Shown one piece after another: positions 42,407 through 55,505 of a DNA stretch of 64,000 nucleotides; position 1 is the stretch's first letter, and the number at the start of each line of letters is the position of its first letter. The notes beneath the pieces were generated by a model that was not told where the DNA came from, ran no database searches, and saw only the letters and a program-made list of their open reading frames with translations. A program made the position numbers and the translations under genes. The stretch is from Octopus vulgaris (lineage: Eukaryota): contig OX597825.1 in NCBI GenBank assembly GCA_951406725.2, positions 84,072,001 through 84,136,000 on the forward strand, written 5' to 3'.

Positions 42407-42538
42407 ATCTTTTATCCTTCCTGTCGTCAGTCTGTGCCACAGTGGTGGTTGGCATCGATGAACATGAGTTTTATGGAAGTTAGAGTAAAATACGGATGTT
42501 GCGGATTTGTTGATGTCCTTAAACCTAATGTTTGTGGC
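42407..42538 (+). CDS. Candidate internal exon of an unidentified host gene
   Basis: A pyrimidine tract of about 35 nt plus CAG acceptor, a GTAAGT donor, 132 nt (a multiple of 3), and only phase 0 open: IFYPSCRQSVPQWWLASMNMSFMEVRVKYGCCGFVDVLKPNVCG. No homology recognised. Confidence 0.4.
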
Positions 42539-43404
42539 GTAAGTAGCAATAGAAATATAGACATGTCCTTTTATCCGATATTCACTCAGTAGAAAACATG
42601 CGGAATCTAACTCAGATAATTTTCTTGATTTTAGTTTCTTTAAAAACATCCCCAATCAAAAAGAAAAAATATAACGCGAAATGCAACAAACTCAAAATAA
42701 AACAGTACAAAACAATAACAAAACAGCAAGAAAAATATTCATTAAAGAAAAAAAATAGAAAAAGGAATCGTCCCAATATATTTTCTGACTTCCACTTCTA
42801 AATGAGAATTTTTTCTTATTAGCTTGCATATACTATAAAATATATAAGATTACTCGGTGCCAACAAGACGTGGCTAATGAATTTTTCTTCAGGATAAGAA
42901 ATCCAAAGTCTGGAATAGTTGTTCTGTGTAGTATAGGAGATGGGATTTATTTACATTAGATCTCAAAAACAATTACAAAGCATATTGGAAATGTTCTTGC
43001 CAGTATTGTTAGTCACCGAGTCAGTAGATATGAAAATAGTAATAAAAATACTAAGACAACAACAACAACTACAAAACGCTAAAAAGAAGAATTATGAGAT
43101 TTGCAGCATGGCGACAATGTGGACAGGAAAGCTGCAGAAATAAGAATGAAGATGTGAGTCTAACAGTTAATTATGTAAATAAGAGCATGACGGAAGTTTG
43201 ATTAGATATATGCTGCGTTCAGACCAGCAGAACGTGTTGTGGTGGTCACGTTTTCAACCAATGAATATCTATCGCTGAGGAAACTGGGGACGAAAAATGT
43301 AACGTGAAAATATTGTGTGGTTACACAAGCGGAGATATACAGCCACATATATACACACATACACATGCGTATATATATATATATATATATATATAGATAT
43401 AGAT

Positions 43405-43453
<49 letters not shown>

Positions 43454-43476
43454 AATTTATATAAATAAGAATAAGA

Positions 43477-43655
43477 TTGATATTTAAATACCGATCTTAT
43501 CTGGTGGCTATCATGGGAATTGTCCAGTTATTTTTTTAATAGTTTATTTCGTCACTTTGTCTTCTCTCCTGGTACTATAAGAACATTTAATGTGGTTTAA
43601 GTTTTGACTGCTATTTCCAGCGTGTGGTGGTATCTCTTAGATACCCTAAATTATA
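43477..43655 (-). mobile_element. Unclassified element of about 180 bp with a hairpin at each end
   Basis: Collinear with 50164-50317. Contains GGTATCT-AAG-AGATACC and a GATATTTAAATA(T/C)C palindrome, and is flanked by (TA)n. Confidence 0.6.
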
Positions 43656-43705
43656 TTTATATATATATATGCACATGCATACATACTACGTACATATGCA
43701 CATAC

Positions 43706-43737
<32 letters not shown>

Positions 43738-45019
43738 CTGTATGCTTGAAAGTATACGTAATTAATTCTTGTGCTGGTACAAAGCCAAATATTTGCAAGA
43801 GAGGAGCAATAATCGATTGAATAGATGACAATGTATTCTGAGGATTTATTACTTCGACTGCAGACGAAATGTTAAGTCAACGCTGATGATATTTCAACTG
43901 AAAATAGTAAGTGATTTAACTAAATCCTCCAATTTATTTAGTCACTCATTTTTGGCACTTAATCAGGATTAAGAAAGAAGCTTATACTTAGATGCATGAC
44001 TTGCTGAATATAGTAGCCAAATCTACTATATTTAAGTTTGGGAGAAACATCAATGTGTCTCTGATTTAAGGTGGCAATGTCGTAGGTATACTATTGCTCG
44101 TATAGTTGTTTTATCACTAATTGGTAAAAAAAAAAATTCAGTTGAGATATGATGTTAACGTTCAAAGAAGGCGAAGATTGCTGTTGTATTGCTGGATAGG
44201 AGACTGAATATTATGAAATCCTGTTTCATCCATGCTAGAAGACGATACATATTACGAAAAGGCTGAAAAATAGAACCAACAGAAATTAATGGAAAACTTT
44301 ACAATTTTTACAGTTTCACCAAAAAAGTTTAACCGGTAAAGGAATGTGATAACAAAGTTTAGAAGCCATTCATGTATCGTAATGTAAATACATTGTGATA
44401 AGCAAAATTTACGGCAGTATTCGACCGGGGACAATATTTTCTGTGGACGCACTGTGTTTAAAACACAGTATCTGTATCAGAAGACGAACTCCAGCAGCGG
44501 CGATTAAAAGCGAATGAGAACCTTGTTTTTACCAACAGTTCATAAGAACATTATATAACATGTGAGACATGCAAAGAATGTACAATTTTATGTATCGATA
44601 TTTTCACACTAAATAGTTTAAAATTAGGGCCAACAGTATCTGACCCATCATGGAATTAGCGTCTGAGTTTTGTAGACAATTGAAACAACTGCCAAAACGC
44701 ATTAAATTTTATAAATAAGAGATAGCTTTGATAAATGAAATTACCTTCCGAATACGTCAATGAAAACAAAATTTGATGTACTCAAATTTTATACCAACAA
44801 CATTCATGATTATAAAATAAAAGCGATGGAATCGTGGATGGAGAGATTCTCTGATAAATTACCAAAAGTATAGAAATAAATTAATAACTGAAGAATTACA
44901 ATTTATTCTCGAAAATAACAATTCTGTATTTACTGTTAATTATTATCGACAATCTTGTTTATTTATTGATCCCATCTGATATTTACTTCATATTACATAA
45001 ATATGTTATTGATTGTGAG

Positions 45020-45333
45020 ACTGTGAGAGTTCTTGGAAGAATGATGGAGACCCAAGTAGCCATAACCTATGCAAATTTAGTTAGGGGGTACTTTTTAAGT
45101 GACAGTGTATTTGTTGTAAGCAATGAGAGCAGAGAGAAAATATATGAATTTAAAACAGATATTTCTTAATGGGGTAAATCATAATCTTCAATTTGTAATG
45201 GGAGACAGTCAAGACAAACAATTGCTTAAAGATATCTTAGTAACAGAAGTCAATAACCGATGAGAGATGGGTAAATGTTATGCATTCAGAACCAAAATAA
45301 AGTCTACACTTTGCTTCGCACCACCGAAAACAC
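45020..45333 (+). mobile_element. Penelope-like reverse transcriptase remnant
   Basis: GRMMETQVAITYANLVRGY (cf. the PLE motif G..MGT..AP.YANL.MG), FLNGVNHNLQFVM..KQL..DIL, and LHFASHHRKH (cf. YL.F.S.HP.H). Confidence 0.7.
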
Positions 45334-45398
45334 TAGAAGAAATATTTCATTTTATTTAACCAGAGCAAAAAAAGGAACAACTGAATCCTACATAGATG

Positions 45399-45722
45399 CG
45401 AGGTGGTATCAAAACATTTCTGGACTGGTTCTCTAGTGTGCCAACATATGGAAGCACATGGTTATGTGTGCAACGAGAGCTAACAGAGAGCTTCATGAGG
45501 CAGTGTGTCGAGTGACATCGCTGTGTTTATTTCTCAGGTTGTGGAATTTGTGTTTTTGTGATCACGTGTATGCTGTAGTCTGCGATTTTGTCGTAGACAG
45601 GAACGAAGAGCCAACGTGAAATTTTGTGTTAAACTTAGGAAGTCTGTTACTGAAACACTGAGCATGCTTCGGCAAGCTTACGGGAACGAGTCCAAGGGTC
45701 GAACGCAATGTTTTGAGTGGCA
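45399..45722 (+). mobile_element. mariner-like transposon 5' fragment
   Basis: Terminus CGAGGTGGTATCAAAACATTTC and N-terminal RANVKFCVKLRKSVTETLSMLRQAYGNE..RTQCFEWH. Confidence 0.85.
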
Positions 45723-45724
45723 TC

Positions 45725-45880
45725 TTTCGGCTGATATACCTTTCGGCCTTCATCAGGTGAAGGCTGGAGAGTATATCAGCCGAAACATTGTGTTAACAAC
45801 AAACGAGATGAGGACAAATACCCGTCAAATGTAAATAATGTAAATAATGTACATAATTCCTCTTCTCTTAAATATAGAAC
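45725..45880 (+). mobile_element. Family G / HHR family 4 tail preceded by an inverted partial copy
   Basis: TTTCGGCTGATATAC (45725-39) pairs with GTATATCAGCCGAAA (45771-85). The minus copy carries CAC-CUGAUGA-AGGC, and the plus copy starts at AAGGCTG. Confidence 0.8.
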
Positions 45881-46991
45881 TATATCTCCATAAATATATA
45901 TTCTTTCGGGACTAAGGGATGCATTTCATCTCTTTTCAGTGATTCTCGTCACGACTGACCCTTTAGGCGAGTAAAAATATACAGGCCAATGTATACGTGG
46001 AAATGTGACCATAATAATAAAAAAAAAAACCATAATTCAAATGACAGTTCTTTCAGTAACAGATGGAGACAAAGATCTATAATGTTAGTTCCTCAGTTCA
46101 CCACAGAAAACATTATTCTAAAAGCCAAAATAAACACGAAACCTTACCGTCGCACACTATGTAAGAAAATATCAAGGAGAGCCTAGGATATAATACGTAC
46201 GATGATGCAAAAGACCGGAGCATGAAAAATATATGAGATTTAAAAAGAAACACAGAAACAAAAAGAAAAAAATGAAAATATAATATGGAGTTTTAGAAGC
46301 AGGAAATGGTATAATGTATACAATACGTAATGATGAAAACGAAAATCATATAAATAATAAATACTTAGAAATAAAACGGCTTAAGAATCATGGATGTTTA
46401 TAATTATAATTAAAGAAAACCTTTCAAGAAAACATGAGAACTTTCTCGTAAGTAGAGAGAAGACCTACTGAGGTAATCGCAAGAACTTTCTGGAAAAGAA
46501 AAGAACCCCAGAACAATCCGAAACACGATGTCATCTTAAAATACGATAAAGGATAGAAAAAGAAATGTAAGGAAAGGTAAATACGGAAAAAATAAAAGTG
46601 AGCGATGTATATATGAAAACACTTGCGGAATCAAGAGAGATAAGTATTGACAACAATGTTAGCCGTAAAGATTTATGTAAATGAAAGGAGAAAAACCAAA
46701 ATAAACAACAACATGACTATGAGAAGAAAACATGGCGTATTATATAAAAGAAACAATAGCAAAAAAAAGACAAAAAAGAAATGATTGTGCATGATGTAAA
46801 AACTGAGATGGAGAAATATACAACAAGAACAAGAGCAACAAAACATAGAAATCTGCAAACAAAGTTGGTGGGAAGAAATGCACGGATAACTAAATTAGAG
46901 CTCACAGATATATATCAAAGAAATAATCAGATTAACCAATATTGTAATTCAACAAATCTTATTAGACATTGGCAATGATTTATACACACAC

Positions 46992-47054
<63 letters not shown>

Positions 47055-47143
47055 GACACACACACGTATATATATGTATATGGGTATATATATGTGTGTG
47101 TGTATATGAGTGTGTGTGATGTATGTGTGTGCATGTGTATGTG

Positions 47144-47220
<77 letters not shown>

Positions 47221-48672
47221 ACATATATATATGTATATATATATATATATATATATGTGTGTATGTGTGTGTATGTATAACATTTTGTACTCATACATAT
47301 CCATATAAAGTTTTATTATATGCCTATAAATTTTTTATATATTGTATTCTGTTATATATGTATAAATGCACATCATACATACATACAAACATACATACAT
47401 ACATACATTCATTCATACATACATACATACATATATACATATATACATACATACATACATAATATATACATACATATAGTATGGGTGTATATATGTTTAT
47501 ACACACACACACACACACACACCAATGGTCCAGGTCGTTGTTAATGTTACACGCATAAATGTCAACGTAGTCACGTAGAATAAGTTAAACGATAAAAAAG
47601 AAAATGGAGAAAATAAATGGAAGAAAACAACTCCTCGGCGTAGATAAAGATTTCGAAGAGAATTACATAAAATAAAAAATAAAGCGAAAAAAAGAAATTT
47701 CTAAATATTAATTGAAATGCATTACCAAAAAAATTCTCAAGTGACACAAGAAGAAACATAAGAACTTGCAAGAAATACAACGCAAAATGTGTGGAGAGGT
47801 TTCCAAAAGAAACGAGGATATTGAGAGAAGAATTTGGAGGAAACAATAACAATAAATATTGAGATAAGATGTAAGAAAAACGAAACGTCGAAGAAGATAT
47901 TATGTAAGTGGTAGATCGATATTGGATGAGATGTATTGATTGGTAAATGGTCGAACAATCATGTGGGCGAAAATACTGTGATAGCAGGGCAATAACGGGA
48001 CAAAAGCAAGACAAAAACTAGCTTCAAACAGTCGAAACTGTGACAGCAGATAAAAAAGATAAAGAGCTAGACATGGGTGTTTGAAGAGTTTGTACAACGG
48101 ACGAAAATACGCGTAGATATTACAATTAATAATTGATACTGGTAGGAAGAGGTTAAAACTTTCTGCTTTTATAAAAAGAAAATCAACATATTAAGTACCA
48201 GGTTTAAAGGTAAAAACTAAAATCCTGGGTTGATACTTTCGAATAAAATTTCTTCAAGGAGGCGGCGCCACAGTATGGCCGCAGTCTAATGATTGAAATG
48301 AGTAAAGGAAAAAAGATAGAAGATAACTAGACTTAGAGAGGATCAAAAGGGGTTGTGGATGTTGAAATCAGCAAGGATGATGGCTTCACAAAGAGGGAGA
48401 CGAAATATAGTCGCCCAAGTGCTGGCGGTTAAAGTAACGGGGCCCCTTTTTAGTCATAGTAACGTCATCTAAATTCAGTGGTCAAGGAGCTTCGGGCATT
48501 TATAAACCATTGTATCGACCCTCTCTCTGGACTGGCATTCTCTGTACGCATTCCGGAAAGTCGGAAGGTAAAGTCGTTCGAAGCCGATTTTGAATTCAGA
48601 ATATACAAAGATGGCGACACAAAATACCTGAAGGTATTGTTAGTCGTCTTCCTATTCTGTAGTTCATCGCTA

Positions 48673-48752
<80 letters not shown>

Positions 48753-48852
48753 ACGAGTATAGCAACAATAACTGAAGAAAATGTTCGGCCCTTGAGTCAC
48801 TCTGACATTTCTGTTAACTATTATTATTATTATTAATAATAATAATAATAAT

Positions 48853-48914
<62 letters not shown>

Positions 48915-49411
48915 CATACATGTATATATGTATATATACATACATTCATGTATATATATATATACATGTATGTATATATACATATATATATATACATGTA
49001 TATATATATGCCTATTTATAACCATATAAAATACACACATATAAGGTGCAGACCTAGTTTTGGGCAATGAAACCCCCCTGTGTTGTGTATATGCATGTGC
49101 GTGTATGTGTGCCTATGTGTGTGTGTGTGTTTGTGGTTTAACATTAAAACATAAAAGTGCTCAATACACTTCTTGTCAGAGTTGAGTTGCATCTATAATG
49201 TGACTGCCCATGAATGTACGTGGGTGTTTGTTTGAGTGTGTGTGAGGCTGTGTGTGTGTGCCTGGGATTATGTGTGTGTTTGTATTATTCTTATACACAC
49301 ACACTGCATATCACACGAACATATGCTCACATTGTTCTGTCTATTTAGGTCGATGTATTTACAGCATGTGCTTTATACATGTTTTACTACATGTGTGCAT
49401 TTGTGTGTATA

Positions 49412-49444
<33 letters not shown>

Positions 49445-49841
49445 AAATTTTGCGCATTTCTTTCTTTTTAATTCTCCAAGACACTCACATGCTGAATAAT
49501 AACAGTATTTACAGAGAATTAAACAGCAATTTGGAACATTTGCAACGTTCACTCATTGTCTTTCCGTTTGTGAATGAAGGAATCGATTCCATTTGGATCT
49601 TCTGAAAATTCTACCATTTCTATCTGGTTCTCAGTCATGTTGACACTTATCCAAACGTCACAGAAGCTTCACCGAAAAGCAAAACAGAAGCTGCAGACTT
49701 TGCATTAGTTTTCTCTAAACATCCTCATTTGGCTTAGAGAGCATATTCGTGTTTTCATTGCTAGGCTTGCGCCTATGTAAGCTGTAGGAAGAAAAGAAAA
49801 TGATTAGCAACCACTAACTCTCCATCTTCTTCTCTTAATTT

Positions 49842-50130
49842 ACCGACCAGGCTATCAGATGTTGCTACAAATCGCTGGTCACAATGCGCTTCGCATTATT
49901 TTAGCCTTCAAATGACGCCACCCCACTAGCTAAGCGAGCAGGCCAACAGAAGGAAGAGTGAGAAAAAGTTGTGGCGAAAGAGTACAGCAGGGCTCGCCAC
50001 TAACCACTGCCGGAGCCTCGTGGAGCTTTAGGTGTTTTCGCTCACTAAACACTCACAACGCCCTGTCTGGGAATCGCAACCGCGATCCTACGACCGCGAA
50101 TCCGCTGCCCTAAACACTGGGCCATTGCGC

Positions 50131-50132
<2 letters not shown>
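49842..50132 (-). mobile_element. tRNA-derived SINE variant E, full length
   Basis: Family-C head AGGCGCAATGGCCCAGTG..GGTTGCGATTCCCAG, with a tail different from family C. Confidence 0.88.
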
Positions 50133-50163
<31 letters not shown>

Positions 50164-50166
<3 letters not shown>

Positions 50167-50317
50167 AACTATAAATTAGGGTATCTGAGAGATACCACCA
50201 TGCTGAAATAGCAGTCAAAACCCTGACCCTAAAGCCACCTTAAATTTTCATATCGCGCCAGGAGAGAAGATAGAGAGTCAAAATAAACTAGCAAAAAAGA
50301 TTTTTCTGGATAATTCA
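50164..50317 (+). mobile_element. Second copy of the 43477-type element, 3'-truncated
   Basis: AATTAGGGTATCTGAGAGATACCACC..GAAATAGCAGTCAAAA..CCAGGAGAGAAGA..AAATAAACTA is shared with the 43477 copy. Confidence 0.6.
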
Positions 50318-50568
50318 AGATCCTGGATTTCTTACTTCGCATCAGAGAAACTATGCCTTCTTCAGTTGAATATACCAGATAGGCACATAAATACAGATAT
50401 ATATATATACAGAACATATGTTATACTTACATATACGAACTCTCATACATATATACTCACGTATGTACAAGGCCCGCTTAATTTGCCCGCCAAACATCTC
50501 CAAGCGCGATATAGTCAAAATAAACACCGCAGTGAATACAATGACGAAATATATAAATTTATAAATAT

Positions 50569-50797
50569 GGATAATATCGATATTTAAATATCGATCTTAT
50601 CATGTAGTCAGCATGAGAATAAAGACCATATAAAGGTAATAATTATTTAAAACTATAAATTAGGGTATCTGAGAGATACCACTAAGTCGAAATATCAATA
50701 CCCTAATTTATAGTTTTAAATAATTATTACCTTTGTATGGTATTTATTCTCATGCTGGCCACTTGATAAGATCGATATTTAAATATAGATATTATCC
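50569..50797. repeat. Fold-back palindrome with 100-bp arms and a 29-nt loop
   Basis: Arms 50569-50668 and 50698-50797, with 6 mismatches by manual alignment. Confidence 0.92.
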
Positions 50798-50971
50798 TTA
50801 TATCTATATATATGGATGTGTGAATGTGTGTGTGTGTGTATGTGAATGTGCGTGCGAACTCGTGACCGTGTGGTAATAATTTATTGAAAGGAGATGTGGT
50901 AGAAAATGGTAGAATATTCTGGAACAGAGAACGAAATACTTTCTATTATTTACTTGAATTCCATTCCTCAG

Positions 50972-51028
50972 AGCCCTCAATTCAAGCCAAACTCTCCCCA
51001 ACTCTCTCATTCCTTCAGAGACAATATG
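50972..51028 (+). CDS. Weak candidate exon (57 nt; alternative acceptor at 51019)
   Basis: CCTCAG acceptor and ATG|GTAAGT donor, open in phase 0 (SPQFKPNSPQLSHSFRDNM). The internal pyrimidine tract could instead define a 10-nt exon AGACAATATG. Confidence 0.25.
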
Positions 51029-51499
51029 GTAAGTACATGTCATATCCTAAGGGCAAATTTGGGAGTTTCATACTTATGTCGAAAAGAAATCAATATTTCT
51101 AATTACGAAATAAATATTTTGCTAATTAGTAGAAGTCGCCGTCGAGACAATATCGCGACACGGTTTCGAATCGTTTCTCTGGTTTCTTAAAAGTTCAAAA
51201 GCAATGATACGACCAGAAGAGAAAATTTTTCACTTCCCTTTAAATGTCTGTAGCTTGGTGCATAAATAAACATCATATTTACGGCTAGCAGAAAGACAAG
51301 AATAAAGAAAACCATCAAGATCTTCTTTCTTGGAATTCTTTGGATTGTTCCATTTTTCGTGTTTTTGGTTTTTTTTAATTTTACATTTTAAATAATAATT
51401 TTCTTCTAAATCTCTTTCCGTTTATTCTTTCACTTCTATAATGTTCTTGCTTTTAATCTACTTAAGAATGTTCGATCTGAATGGATTATGTCAACGAGA

Positions 51500-51567
51500 A
51501 ATAACAACAACAACAATAATAATAACAATAACAATAATATTAATAATAATAATAATAATAATATTAC

Positions 51568-51657
<90 letters not shown>

Positions 51658-51685
51658 TGATAATAATAATGATAATAATGATGAT

Positions 51686-51726
<41 letters not shown>

Positions 51727-51747
51727 TAATAATGAATGATGATGATG

Positions 51748-51829
<82 letters not shown>

Positions 51830-51875
51830 ACAAAACAAAGACAATAGTGATAACAATAATAAAAACAAATAATGC
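51500..51875. repeat. (AAT)n/(GAT)n compound array
   Basis: Read directly from the sequence. Confidence 0.95.
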
Positions 51876-52254
51876 AATGAAACAATAACGAATAAAGAAT
51901 GTAAAAATCTTAAGAAACCGAACACAATTACAAAATATATAAAACTGAATAAACACAATAAAGACAAATTTAAACGATATACTTAAGGTACTCGAGATTA
52001 ACATGACATTAATGGTTTTCGTATAAAACTTCGTAGAATGTTATTCCACGAGGAAAAATTTAAACCGTCAATAATAATAAATGAATTAGAGAAGAAGAAT
52101 AGAAAAAATAATAAGAAAAAACAAAGAATCTAAAACTCAAAAAAGTAAAATATACAATAACATTTAAATAAAGACAAAAACAGAACGAAAATATTAAGAT
52201 TGGCATCTGCCATTGTTTGCTGTTTGTTATCGCCTGTACGTATGTCTATGCCCA

Positions 52255-52261
52255 CACATAC

Positions 52262-52307
<46 letters not shown>

Positions 52308-52885
52308 GTATGTATGTATGTATATATGTATATGTATATATGTATATGTATGTATGTATGTATGTATATGTATGTATATGTATGTATGTATGTATGTATA
52401 TATATGTATATATATATGTATATGTATGTATGTATATGTATGTATATGTATGCATATATGTATATGTATGTATATGTATGTATGTATATATATGTATATG
52501 TATGTATGTATATGTATGTATATGTATGTATATATGTATATATATGTATATGTATGTATGTATATGTATGTATGTATATATATGTATATGTATGTATGTA
52601 TATGCATGTATATATGTATATGTATGTATATGTATGTATGTATATGTATGTATGTATATATATGTATATGTATGTATGTATATGTATGTATATGTATGTA
52701 TGTATATGTATGTATGTATGTATGTATATATATGTATATGTATGTATATGTATGTATATGTATGTATATATGTATATGTATGTTTATGTATGTATGTATA
52801 TGTATGTATGTATGTATGTATATATATGTATATGTATGTATATATATGTATATATGCATATATATATGTATATATATCTATGTAT
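52255..52885. repeat. Mixed (TATG)/(TA)/(TATATG) array, about 630 bp
   Basis: Read directly. It is the source of five long spurious ORFs. Confidence 0.95.
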
Positions 52886-54789
52886 GTACGTGTGAGTGTG
52901 TGTGGGTGGGTACATGTGTGCATCTATGTGATTATGTGAATGTATTATGTATGCGTGTGTCTGTGCTGACTTGTTGTTTTTCTTGCTTGCTTCGCTGGAA
53001 TACTCTTACGACCATATAATTATTCCTAATGACTATTTCTAATCTTTATTAGAGAGTCTGCAACATCTGTATCAATGCGAGTTTAATGATGGAGAGAGGA
53101 GAGCGGGCGAAAAACAGAAAGAGAGAGAAAGAGAGAGAGAGAAAGAGAGAGAGAGAGAAAAGACAAAAGGTAGAAAGGCTGAAAGCCAGAGGCAGACTCA
53201 GTCTTTTTTCTATTTGCATCCTTATGTTCGCTGTCAAATTATACTAATTCTTCAAACTCTTTAAATACATATATACATACATACATACATACATACATAC
53301 ATACATACATACATACATACATACATACATACATGCATACATACATGCATACATACATACATACATACATATATATACATGTATTCCTGCATATATATGT
53401 ATATATATACAATCCTTTGAGTGTACCGATTCTTATTGCAGAAATAACTGTAAGCTAATGAAGTTGGTTACGTAATTCTTGCTTTCTTGCCATTCAAGAA
53501 TTAATATTACTGTCTGAATTCGCCCAAATCTTTACTCTAAAGCATGTGTATATTCAGTTCTAACTACTGGTTGGTAGTGTCGCTTTGGCCTAAGCAATAT
53601 ACTAATACACACCCACTTATATGTGGGTGTATACATACATACATACATACATACATACATACATACATACATACATACATACATGCATGCATATATGCAT
53701 GCATATATACATACGCCCCCTACACACATGTGTGTACTCAATAATCGTTTCGCAGACAACGTGTTTCTTAAACTTTTGCTAAGAAAAGTTTGAAGATTCC
53801 GAAGTTTCGGCCTCGTCACTTTCGCCAGAATGTACTTTACTTGGGCTTATCTTGGTTTTGTAGTATCTTTAGTGAGTTCTGTGTTGTAGCTTGGAGAGAT
53901 ATGTCAAATGAAATTTGGCTTGACGTTGGTAGCCCGGGGAAAATTGTGTAGAAGGGGATAGAGGAGATCAACAGAAAGTATGTGTATGTAGGATGTAGGT
54001 TGATAGAAAGTTGCGAGGTGATTTTCTTTGATTTGACGTCAGAATTATATCATTGTTTAGGATTAATTCAACTAACGTTTTCTGGAAATGACAAATGACC
54101 ATAATTTGGGATGTACAGATTCACAGAGGCGGGGAGTTTCAATTCCAAAACTGTCAAAGAAACTTAAAGTGACATCTAGCTATTAATTTGAAATACGGTT
54201 TTGAAATATATGTAGCCTAAACGCTGTAATGACATCAACGGAGGAGAATGTATAAAGAAATGAAGAATATATACACAGGAATATAAGTGAATAGAATTTA
54301 ATAGATTGCCGTTCAACAGTACAGAGTTTGCAGGGTGTGTTGTTAATTTGGTATAGCTTTGCAAGGGACAACCAACGCTTTCCAATTAATAGCCAATAAG
54401 TTATTTTAAAATTTTACTGCTTAAATATGTAAGAATGTTATAGTTATCGCTACAGAGTTTGCAGTGTTTGTTATTCATTTGATATACTTATGTATGTTGT
54501 TCCCTTGGTATGATTTTGCGTGGATGCTTTTAAAATTTGCTGTCTATATATGGTAGTATTCATCGTTTTCTTTGTCCCCATGGTGGCACTGTACATGGAA
54601 AATACTTTGCCAGGGATGCTAAATGTTGTCCATTTATGTTACAAGGAATTGTAGTTCAGAAATTTTGCCTCCCTTTGGCTTGGTCAGACAAAATTGTTTT
54701 CGTTTTTGAAGACTTTTATATACATTTTTGATTGAACTTGTGCGTGGAGCCTAGTGATTGCAGCCTTTTCTCCTCATTTGAATATAAAC

Positions 54790-54978
54790 ACAGAGGGGAC
54801 AAACGGATTAAGTCGATTACATCGACCCCACTGCGTAACTGGTACTTAATTTATCGAACCCGAAAGGATGAAAGGCAAAGTCGAACTCGGCGAAATTTGA
54901 ACTCAGAACGTAACGGCAGACAAAATACGGCTACGCATTTCGCCCGGCGTGCTGACGGTTCTGCCAGCTCGCCGCCTT
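54790..54978 (-). mobile_element. SINE family B, well-preserved copy
   Basis: Minus strand AGGCGGCGAGCTGGCAGAACCGTCAGCACGCCGGGCGAAATGC..GAGTTCAAATTTCGCCGAGTTCGACTTTGCCTTTCATCCTTTCGG. Confidence 0.9.
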
Positions 54979-55505
54979 TCTGTCTATCATTATCGTTGCA
55001 ATGATAAGCAGTGCCTGAGTCATTATCACAAGAATTGCTGCAAAATTCTTCCCCACAGACGTCGGTAGCCTCCCCCCTACCACACACCCAAACTCCACGA
55101 ACACAAATGAAATCAGAAAGAAGATAAAGAAAACAGTCTGGAAAATGTCATGTCTTCGAAATGTCCTTTACACATGAAGAATACATATTTTTATTTCAGA
55201 ATAATAAATATTTAAGTCTGAGCGATTGTCGTAATTAGTGAAGAGAAGAGGAAGTGAGGAGTTAATTTATTAAACGAGACGCAATCAAGTCGGTTTTTTA
55301 AAATCATTATCTAATAAAACAATCAAAGGCAATAAACATTGGAAGTACACATGCTCTAATATAACTTTAGACACACACACACATACACACGTACACACAC
55401 ACGCGCGCACATACCCACACACACACACACACGCACACATGCACATACACACACACACACGTATACATACGCGCACACACACACGTGCACACACACATAT
55501 ACTTA

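Noticed and set aside
43107-43153. Possible exon ending at a GTGAGT donor
   Set aside because: No pyrimidine tract; the upstream sequence is A-rich.
52200-53019. Five overlapping ORFs of 210-268 aa
   Set aside because: They are translations of a TA/TATG microsatellite.
53790-53825. Minus-strand GUGACGA-GGCC-GAAA-CUUCGG
   Set aside because: C3 is missing, helix II is impossible and there is no cleavage triplet. Likely chance.
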